Origin: Opitutia bacterium
Lineage (GTDB): Bacteria; Verrucomicrobiota; Verrucomicrobiia; Opitutales; JANYDI01
Direction of reading: 5' to 3'
NCBI GenBank assembly: GCA_025363695.1
Contig: JANYDI010000058.1
Span: forward strand, 1-43,091
Length of the DNA: 43,091 nt
How positions within the stretch are numbered: the first letter of the stretch is position 1; each line of letters opens with the position of its first letter. Below are positions 32,431 through 39,117 of the stretch, in pieces. The translations under genes were made by a program, and so were the position numbers. A model generated the notes under the pieces. That model did no database searches. It was given only the letters and a program-made list of their open reading frames with translations, and had not been told where the DNA came from.

Positions 32431-33273
32431 ATGGAAAACCCCTACTGGGTGCACCATCTGGATCCTGTCGCTTTGGCTATAGGGTCCACCGGTTTGGCCA
32501 TTCGCTGGTATGGGCTGGCCTATTTTGTAGGCCTACTCAGTGCCGCGGCGCTCCTATCGCTTTACTACAAAAAGCAGCGCTCACCCCTAAATCCTGAACT
32601 TCAGGCGACTTACCTGACCACGGGCTTATTCGGAGTGCTCATCGGCGGACGCCTCGGCAGTGTCCTTTTTTATGGCCTGCCTCCTTTGGAGGCCCTCCAA
32701 ATCTGGAAGCCTGGCATGGCCAGCCATGGCGGTTTTGTGGGTGTCGCTTTGGGAACGCTTTATTTTTGCTGGAAATACAAGCAACCCTTTCTGAGCACGA
32801 GTGACATCATCTGCACACTTCCCAATGTCGGGTTTTTCCTGGGTCGCATCGCAAACTTCATCAACGGAGAACTCTGGGGCAAAGTAACGACGCTACGCTG
32901 GGCCGTGATCTTCCCTCATAGCCCTCTGCCACTTCAGCCCCGGCACCCCTCGCAGCTCTACGAAGCTGCCCTCGAAGGGCTGTTTATGCTCATTTATACC
33001 CAAATACGCTTTTGGCGCAGCAACGTCTGCAACCGCTATCCCGGGCAGCTCTCCGGAGAATTCCTCTGCCTCTATGCCCTCGCACGCATCCTGTGCGACT
33101 GCTTCCGCGAGCCCGACTCCGCAAGCATCCTTCACCTGCCCAGGGGTACCTTTTTGTCGCTTATTTTGCTGGGATTCGGGGTGGGCGTAGTGGTGGTAAG
33201 TAGGGGTAGGGCTAAGTTTAAGGCCAAGGGGCGCTTGCGCCCCTTAGGATCCCCTACGGGTAGCGATTTTTAA
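32431..33273 (+). CDS. lgt: Prolipoprotein diacylglyceryl transferase
   Basis: IRWYGLAYFVG, GGRLG, GMASHGG, GRIANFINGELWG and HPSQLYEA motifs. The last ~26 aa (..SRGRAKFKAKGRLRPLGSPTGSDF) are translated from a purine-rich tract plus a type-1 repeat. Confidence 0.9.
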   Translation: MENPYWVHHLDPVALAIGSTGLAIRWYGLAYFVGLLSAAALLSLYYKKQRSPLNPELQATYLTTGLFGVLIGGRLGSVLFYGLPPLEALQIWKPGMASHGGFVGVALGTLYFCWKYKQPFLSTSDIICTLPNVGFFLGRIANFINGELWGKVTTLRWAVIFPHSPLPLQPRHPSQLYEAALEGLFMLIYTQIRFWRSNVCNRYPGQLSGEFLCLYALARILCDCFREPDSASILHLPRGTFLSLILLGFGVGVVVVSRGRAKFKAKGRLRPLGSPTGSDF

Positions 33274-33521
33274 AAATGCAAAGCATTTTGTAAAAATCGC
33301 TACCCGGTAGCATATACTAAGGCCCCCACAGATCGCGAAGCGATCCGAGTGTATCTTATGAATTGCTTCGAGCCGGTTTTAGGGGAGGCATTGGGGGTTC
33401 AGGCAAGGAAGGGAAGTGCGTAGCGCACTTAAGGTGCGTGAGTCACTTCCATTCCGCAGCATCAACCCCCAATGTGCCCCTAAAACCATCCTAAGGGGAG
33501 CGAGTGCCCCCTTAGCCCTTT
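33220..33521 (+). repeat. Composite: type-1 half + type-2 hairpin element + inverted terminal H1
   Basis: H1 33225-33244, H2 33257-33306, H3 33331-33345, type-2 33375-33487, H1' 33493-33513. Confidence 0.9.
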
Positions 33522-33526
33522 ATACC

Positions 33527-34210
33527 TTATAGCCGCACCAAACTGCCACTCGTTGCTTGGCTTTCAGCACAGGCCAAAAAGTACACCCAGTGGGCGACCT
33601 GCTCGGGGCTGCCCATGGGGCCCTCGAAGGGACCCCTATTCAGGGCCTTCAGGATGCGTTGGGTCAACGGCGTATCGATGGTTCCGGGGCACACGGCGTT
33701 GACACGGATGCCTTTGCCCGTTAAATCTAGCGCAAGGGACTGCGTCATCATCGCAATGGCGCCTTTGCTCGTGGCATAGGCAGCGCTTTGAGCACGGGGC
33801 GCGAAGGATTGGTCGGACCCGATCAGCACTATGCTCCCGCTGCCTTGTCGGAGCATCCAAGGGACGCCGTGCTTAAGCGTGAGGAAAACGCCTTTGACAT
33901 TGACCTCCAAAATCCGGTCAAAAGTTTTTTCCGAAACCTCCCAAAGCGTCCCCAGTTCATGGATCCCCGCACAAGGGCACAGCACATCCAGGCGTCCAAA
34001 GCGCGCCACCGTAGCCTCCAAAGCCGCTGCGACCGCAGCGCTGTCCGTAGTATCCCCCAAAAAATGCTGCACGCGCTCCTCCCCAACAAAGGCCGTCGCC
34101 ACCTGCTGGTCAAAAAGACCGACCTTATAGCCTTTTTCCAAAAATAACGCCACGCAGGCCCGGCCTATGCCTTGCGCGCCTCCAGTAATGAAAAGAACAG
34201 GATTGTGCAT
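33527..34210 (-). CDS. SDR-family oxidoreductase (short-chain dehydrogenase/reductase)
   Basis: ATG at 34210 (MHNPVLFITGGAQGIGRA), with YATSKGA catalytic motif. The longer track ORF (to 34264) starts inside a repeat. Confidence 0.85.
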   Translation of the reverse strand: MHNPVLFITGGAQGIGRACVALFLEKGYKVGLFDQQVATAFVGEERVQHFLGDTTDSAAVAAALEATVARFGRLDVLCPCAGIHELGTLWEVSEKTFDRILEVNVKGVFLTLKHGVPWMLRQGSGSIVLIGSDQSFAPRAQSAAYATSKGAIAMMTQSLALDLTGKGIRVNAVCPGTIDTPLTQRILKALNRGPFEGPMGSPEQVAHWVYFLACAESQATSGSLVRL

Positions 34211-34247
34211 GAGAGGGTTGAGTAAGGGAGTAAGGGAAGGTTGAGTT

Positions 34248-34505
34248 AAAGGGCTAAGGGGCACTTGTGCCCCTTAGGATCCCCTCCGATGGGCAATTTT
34301 TAAAATACTACGTATTTATAAAAATTGCCCATCGGGGAGGGTGATACTAAGGTCTCCCTCGATCGCGAAGCGATCCGGGGGGGTCCTTGTATAGGCTTCC
34401 CGATAGCGATTTATCTAAAATGCGCTAGCATTGGGATGCTAAAGCATTTTAATAAATCGCTATCGGAAAGGGGATCCAAGGGGAGCTTGCTCCCCTTGGC
34501 CCTTT
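34248..34505. repeat. Type-1 element, head-to-head double with a single central H3
   Basis: H1 34256-34275, H3 34361-34375, H1' 34478-34497. The right H2 carries a ~16-nt internal stutter (GCTAGCATTGGGATGCTAAAGCATT). Confidence 0.9.
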
Positions 34506-36046
34506 ATCAAATTTTGCCCGGTCATAGCTTCTGGCTTTGGTAGTCCCATCAATGCCAAAACCGTGGGGGCGATGTCGGCTAGGCGGCCGTCGGGGCTAAG
34601 CCGCGTGCCTTGGAGGCCGGGGCCGTAGAGGATGATGTCTACGGGGTTGCAGGTGTGGCGGGTGTGGGGGCTGTGGGAGTCTGGGTCCCAGAGCATTTCG
34701 GCGTTGCCGTGATCGGCGGTGATGAGGGCTTGGCCGTTGGTGGCATCGATGGCGTCTAGGAGCTCACGGACGCCGGCGTCGACGGCCTCGCAGGCGGCTA
34801 TGGTGGCTGGGAGGGAACCCGTGTGCCCGACCATGTCAGCATTGGCGTAATTAACGACGATGAGCGCGTAGCGGCCTGAAAGGATGGCGGCTTTGGTGGC
34901 TTGGGTGACGGCTGCTGCGCTCATTTCAGGGGCTAAGTCGTAGGTCGGGACGTTTCGGGGGCTGGGGATGAGGCAACGTTCTTCACCGGGGAAGGGGTCT
35001 TCGCGGTAATCGTTAAAGAAAAACGTGACGTGGGGGTATTTTTCCGTTTCAGCGCAACGGAACTGCAAAAGACCGGCCTTGGAGACGACTTCGCCTAGGG
35101 TGTCCTGCATTTTTGGTTTTTTTGGAAACAATACCTGCGGGCACAGGCCTTCTTGGTAGTCCGTGAGGGTGGCAAAAAAGACTTTTGGAGCACGGGGGCG
35201 TGGAAAGGCGGAAAAGTTGGGGTCCACAAAGGCTTGGATGAGCTGACGGGGCCTATCGCCACGGAAATTAAAAAAGACTACCGCGTCGCCATCTTGGATA
35301 CGGGAATCCCCTTCAGCGAAGCGTAGGGGAGGGAGGAATTCGTCACTGACGGGGTCTTTTGCGGAAAGGTAGTAGGCTTTGAGGGCTTCTTGAGGGCTTT
35401 GGGAGCTTGTAGCGTCTCCGGTAAGCATCGTGTAGGCTTTTTGGACGCGGTCCCAGCGTTCATCGCGGTCCATGGCATAAAAGCGTCCGCACAAGCTGGC
35501 TAGCGTTCCGGCCCCCAGCTGAGTCAGCTGCGTTTCTAAGGCCTGCACGTAGCCTAGGGCGCTTTGAGGAGGCGTATCGCGTCCGTCGGTAAATCCGTGG
35601 ATGAAAATCGACGTGAGTCCGGCATTTTTTAAAATAGCGACAAGGGCATAGAGGTGTGCTAGGGCTGAATGCACACCGCCGTCCGAAAGCAGGCCCATGA
35701 GGTGTACACGTCCATGGGTGGCGTATTTTTTGAGGGCTTCGAGCGCAGCGGTATTTTCAACCTGAAGCTTTCCTAGGGCCGCATCGAGGCGAACGCGTTC
35801 CTGTAGGACAATACGGCCAGCGCCTATATTTTGGTGCCCGACTTCGCTGTTTCCCATAATGCCTTCGGGCAGACCAACATCCCGTCCGCAGGTCTTCAGG
35901 GTTGTATGCGGCCACTGCTGCTTTAGGGCCAGGGCGCAGGGAGCTTTTGCTTGCCTTAGGGCGTTATACCTGTCATCGGTATCCGTAGGGGCTTCTCCCC
36001 ACCCGTCGCGAATAATCAGTAAAACAGCCTTTACTTTTTTTAGCAT
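34460..36046 (-). CDS. gpmI: 2,3-bisphosphoglycerate-independent phosphoglycerate mutase
   Basis: LLIIRDGWG, NSEVGHQNIGAGR, GLLSDGGVHS, DGRDTPP and ADHGNAE motifs. The C-terminal KGQGEQAPLGSPFR is repeat-encoded. Confidence 0.95.
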   Translation of the reverse strand: MLKKVKAVLLIIRDGWGEAPTDTDDRYNALRQAKAPCALALKQQWPHTTLKTCGRDVGLPEGIMGNSEVGHQNIGAGRIVLQERVRLDAALGKLQVENTAALEALKKYATHGRVHLMGLLSDGGVHSALAHLYALVAILKNAGLTSIFIHGFTDGRDTPPQSALGYVQALETQLTQLGAGTLASLCGRFYAMDRDERWDRVQKAYTMLTGDATSSQSPQEALKAYYLSAKDPVSDEFLPPLRFAEGDSRIQDGDAVVFFNFRGDRPRQLIQAFVDPNFSAFPRPRAPKVFFATLTDYQEGLCPQVLFPKKPKMQDTLGEVVSKAGLLQFRCAETEKYPHVTFFFNDYREDPFPGEERCLIPSPRNVPTYDLAPEMSAAAVTQATKAAILSGRYALIVVNYANADMVGHTGSLPATIAACEAVDAGVRELLDAIDATNGQALITADHGNAEMLWDPDSHSPHTRHTCNPVDIILYGPGLQGTRLSPDGRLADIAPTVLALMGLPKPEAMTGQNLIKGQGEQAPLGSPFR

Positions 36047-36107
36047 ATTGCTTATATTTGTACAATTGTAGGAGTAAAGGCAAGCTTATGTTTTTTGGGC
36101 CTGTCTT

Positions 36108-36196
36108 AGGGGATCCATTAGGGTTGATAAATAATTATTTAAAAACAAACCACAAAAATTTTGTGGTTTTAAGCTTAGTTAATTGATGACACGAAC
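36108..36196. mobile_element. Foldback MITE reduced to linkers (interior fully collapsed; left TIR missing)
   Basis: ...GATCCATTAGGGTTGATAAATAATTATTTAAAAACAAACCACAAAAATTTTGTGGTTTTAAGCTTAGTTAATTGATGACACGAAC followed by TA 36197-36198. Collinear with both ends of 37471-37828. Confidence 0.7.
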
Positions 36197-36208
36197 TACT
36201 TCAGGCCA

Positions 36209-36317
36209 GTTTTAGGGGGGCATTGGGGCTTCGGACAAGGAAGTGAAGTGCGTAGCGCACTACGGTGCGTGAGTCACTTCAATGACGCCGTCCCAAACCC
36301 CAATGCCCCCCTAAAAC
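36209..36317 (+). repeat. Type-2 hairpin element (GAAGTGCGTAGCGCAC core)
   Basis: Outer stem AGTTTTAGGGGGGCATTGGGG / CCCCAATGCCCCCCTAAAACT. The core is identical to the copies at 4727, 28498 and 33375. It overlaps the stop of the OppB-like gene. Confidence 0.85.
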
Positions 36318-37238
36318 TCACTGCAATTTTTGAGATGGGTTCAACCAGGCTTGAAGGATATCCACACACAGATTAAACCCCACAACCGCCACGGCGTAGA
36401 CGATGACGGTGCCCATAATAAGCGTATAGTCTCGGTTAAAGGCAGAGGTCACATAAAATAAGCCCAAACCCGGGATGTTAAAAATCGTTTCGGTCACAAA
36501 GGAACCACTAACCATGGCCGCTGCAATCGGGCCCATAACGTTGAGGGCCGGACCCAGACTCCCACGCAGCCCATGGACCAGAAAAATCCGCAGCTCTCCC
36601 AGCCCTTTAGCTCGGGCCGTACGGATATAATCTTGTGATCGCGCCCGCACCAGGCTGGTACGGATAAATTTCGCTGCATAAGCGGCATAAAAAAACCCCA
36701 AGCTCAAGGCCGGCAAGACACGATCTCCCAGGCTATGCCACCCTGAGGCATGAAACCCATTCAGCTTGATGGCAAATACCAAAATCAATAAGGGCCCCGT
36801 AACAAAGGTCGGCAGGCACATCCCCAGCGTCGTCGCCCCCACCCCCACTTTGTCCCAGTAACCACCAGGGTTAAGCGCTCCCATAAGCCCCGCAAGCACC
36901 CCCAGGCCCATAGCCACACACAGCGACCAAAGCGTCAACTCCAAACTCACAGGCAAAGTCTCCTTGATGATAGTATTCACCCGTGTGGCCGGATAACGGA
37001 AGGACAGCCCCAAGTCCCCCTCCAAAACCAAGTGTTTGAGGAAGTACGCATACTGCACATACGTAGGCTGATCCAAGCGATAATGCCGCTCAAGGCTCTC
37101 CTTCATGCCCTCAGGTAAGGCACGCTCGCTATCAAAGGGCCCCCCAGGCGCCAAACGCGTCATAAAAAATACAAGCGTCACGACCCCCAGCAAAACCGGA
37201 ATCGACTGCGCCACACGTTTGAGAATAAAGGTAAGCAT
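36318..37238 (-). CDS. ABC transporter permease, OppB/DppB (peptide/nickel) family; no partner genes adjacent
   Basis: MLTFILKRVAQSIPVLLGVVTLVFFM is the canonical OppB/DppB N-terminus, and an EAA-loop region is present (YIRTARAKGL). Repeats flank it on both sides. Confidence 0.85.
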   Translation of the reverse strand: MLTFILKRVAQSIPVLLGVVTLVFFMTRLAPGGPFDSERALPEGMKESLERHYRLDQPTYVQYAYFLKHLVLEGDLGLSFRYPATRVNTIIKETLPVSLELTLWSLCVAMGLGVLAGLMGALNPGGYWDKVGVGATTLGMCLPTFVTGPLLILVFAIKLNGFHASGWHSLGDRVLPALSLGFFYAAYAAKFIRTSLVRARSQDYIRTARAKGLGELRIFLVHGLRGSLGPALNVMGPIAAAMVSGSFVTETIFNIPGLGLFYVTSAFNRDYTLIMGTVIVYAVAVVGFNLCVDILQAWLNPSQKLQ

Positions 37239-37295
37239 GCGACAAAGACCCTATAAGGCTTTTGCGATGGAGCTCAATCTAAAAAATAGAGTTTA

Positions 37296-37429
37296 AAAGG
37301 GCCAAGGGGCGCTTGCGCCCCTTGGATCCCCTACCGATAGGCAATTTTACAAAATGCTAGCGCATTTTGGTAAAATTGCCTATCGGGAAGGGCGATACAA
37401 GACCCATCCTCTCGATCCCTACGGGATCG
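37296..37429 (+). repeat. Type-1 element, half copy
   Basis: H1 37304-37323, H2 37334-37386, H3 variant CGATCCCTACGGGATCG 37413-37429. Confidence 0.9.
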
Positions 37430-37470
37430 ATTTTTTCATTTAATTTACCTTGAAAAACCCCATTAATCTA

Positions 37471-37828
37471 GGGCGTGTGATCAATTAAATTTAAAACCTG
37501 TTTTAATAGATCCATTAGTATTGATAAACGATTATTTAAAAACAAACCACAAAATGAGAGCCCTGTAGGGGCGAATGCTTGTTAGCCCAGGGCTTTAGCC
37601 CTGGGTTTACGGTGAAAAATAAACCAGAGCCCTACAGGGGCGATTCATTAAAATATATCAAAATCTTGTTAAGTATGTTCTGTATATCAGATTATGAGAA
37701 TCGCCCTTACAGGGCTCTAAATCTTTTTTCTATGCCTAACCCAGGGCTAAAGCCCTGGGCTGACAAGCATTCGCCCCTTCAGGGCTCTCATTTTGTGGTT
37801 TTAAGCTTAGTTAATTGATCACACGCCC
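37471..37828. mobile_element. Full-length nested foldback MITE, ACAAAATGAGAGCCC-arm subtype; TA on both flanks
   Basis: TA 37469-37470, TIR GGGCGTGTGATCAATTAA 37471-37488, arms AAACCACAAAATGAGAGCCCTG.AGGGGCGAATGCTTGT.AGCCCAGGGCT..AGCCCTGGG, core inverted repeat 37627-37717, TIR TTAATTGATCACACGCCC 37811-37828, TA 37829-37830. Confidence 0.9.
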
Positions 37829-37830
37829 TA

Positions 37831-38121
37831 AATTGTTTATTCAAAACACACATAAGGAGGCCTGAAAGGCCGGCAGATACGTAGCCCAGGGCGTGAGCCC
37901 TGGGTCCGGGATCAAAAATAAACCAGAGCCCTGTAAGGGCGGCACACAAGAAAATTCCAGAAAATAGGAGTGTCGCCCCTGTAGGGCTCAAAATCTTTTT
38001 TCTACTGGAACCCAGGGCTCACGCCCTGGGCTACGTATCTGCCGGCCCTTCAGGCCTCCTTAAGTGTGTTTTTAATCAACAACTTAGGCACTCTATCAAC
38101 CCCAACCTCTCATTTACGCCC
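37831..38121. mobile_element. Foldback MITE, CACATAAGGAGGCC-arm subtype, abutting the previous MITE
   Basis: Foldback core ~37846-38070. The right end ...CTCTCATTTACGCCC finishes at 38121, followed by TA 38122-38123. The left TIR is absent, and it shares TA 37829-37830 with the neighbouring MITE. Confidence 0.8.
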
Positions 38122-38164
38122 TAAACTTTTTTTGAAAAAAATTTAATTTTTTTTAAAAAACTCC

Positions 38165-38192
38165 TTGACAATCGATATTTTTTTGGTATAAT
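38165..38192 (+). promoter_or_regulatory. Near-consensus extended -10 sigma70 promoter of an orphan transcript
   Basis: TTGACA (38165-38170), 16-nt spacer ending in TGG, TATAAT (38187-38192). An A/T-rich UP-like tract lies upstream (38124-38160). Confidence 0.65.
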
Positions 38193-38198
38193 TATGGG

Positions 38199-38611
38199 GA
38201 CAGGGACAAATCCCAGTTGGCCAGCAACAAAAAAATCATCATGAAAACTCAAAACGACCAAGCTCTTTTACTCGAAATAATGCCCGGATTCTGTACTAGG
38301 GAACTCACGACAACCCTTTCTCGCCGGCTTAAGAAGCGAATCTAGCCCGAGAACTCAGATAGTGAATACGTGTTCTCGGGCGTCCTGACCCCCTATCTTT
38401 ACACAAAGATAGGTTAGCTAAATAAAACCTTAGAGCTCCGTAAGGGCGATTCTCGACTTGATACATAATAAAATTTAATAAATAAATAAAAAAGCCTAAG
38501 CCTACAAGCATAAATCAACAAGAGAATCGCCCTTACACGCTTAAAACTTAAAAAAATCTATTGAGAATACTTCACGCTTAAAGCCCTGGATATCAAAATC
38601 CAGGGCTTTTT
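38199..38611 (+). ncRNA. Candidate orphan structured transcript (~410 nt, class unknown); could alternatively encode a 34-aa peptide (38241-38345)
   Basis: Bounded by the strong promoter and an intrinsic terminator. Hand-folded hairpins at 38203-38214, 38346-38380 and 38393-38412, and a long inverted repeat at 38440-38536. The only ORF on this strand starts at 38241 and has no Shine-Dalgarno sequence. No tmRNA, RNase P, 6S or SRP signature motifs are present. Confidence 0.4.
38580..38611 (+). terminator. Rho-independent terminator
   Basis: AAAGCCCTGGA-tatcaaaa-TCCAGGGCTTTTT: a 9-bp GC-rich stem, an 8-nt loop and a T5 run. Confidence 0.75.
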
Positions 38612-38670
38612 CATGAAAAAACGCTAAAAACCTGAAAAATATATCATAAAACCTTAAAAACATTATAACA

Positions 38671-38922
38671 AGGCGTGCTCCTAATCGATAATATAACTAT
38701 TTATTCAAAACACAAAATGAGAGCCCTGAAGGGGCGAATGCTTGTCAGCCCAGGGCTTTAGCCCTGGGTTTGGCATAGAAAAAAGATTTAGAGCCCTACA
38801 GGGGCGATTCTCACAACTTAATATATAGAATATATTTAACAAGATTTTGGTACACTTTAATGAATCGCCCCTGTAGGGCTCTCATTTTGTGTTTTTAAGT
38901 TTAGTTAATTGTTCACACGCCT
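38671..38922. mobile_element. Foldback MITE, ACAAAATGAGAGCCC-arm subtype with right-arm deletion
   Basis: Degenerate left TIR AGGCGTGCTCCTAATCGATAA, complete left arm, core inverted repeat 38791-38881 joined directly to TCATTTTGTG, right TIR TTAATTGTTCACACGCC. Confidence 0.8.
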
Positions 38923-38956
38923 TAACCCCAATCCCCCCCTTTTATTGACAGCAACC

Positions 38957-39117
38957 GATCGCGAAGCGATCTGTGCCGCCTTCGCCAAGGCTTCGGCGCG
39001 CCCATGGGAGGCCCTTGTATCACCCTTCTTGATAGGCGATTTTTATAAAATGCATCGCATTTTTAAAAATCGCCTATCAATAGGGGATCCAAGGGGAGCT
39101 GGCTCCCCTTGGCCTTC
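38957..39117 (-). repeat. Type-1 element, half copy carrying a ~32-nt nested insertion
   Basis: H3 38957-38971, inserted mini-hairpin module 38976-39007, H2 39029-39080, H1 39091-39110. Overlaps the murJ 3' end. Confidence 0.85.

Noticed and set aside
34400-34460. The ~16-nt extra segment in the right H2 of the double at 34248-34505 as a distinct inserted element.
   Set aside because: It is a partial reiteration of the neighbouring loop sequence (GCTAGCATT / GCTAAAGCATT). It is most simply a local slippage duplication.
38199-38611. tmRNA, RNase P RNA, 6S or SRP RNA identity for the orphan transcript.
   Set aside because: There is no tRNA-like 3' end (GGTTCGA..CCACCA) and no tag ORF ending in a stop within a pseudoknot context. 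The GAGGAAAGTCCGGGC and ACAGAAA P4 motifs are absent. So are the 6S central-bubble symmetry and the SRP GGAA/AGCA domain IV motifs.
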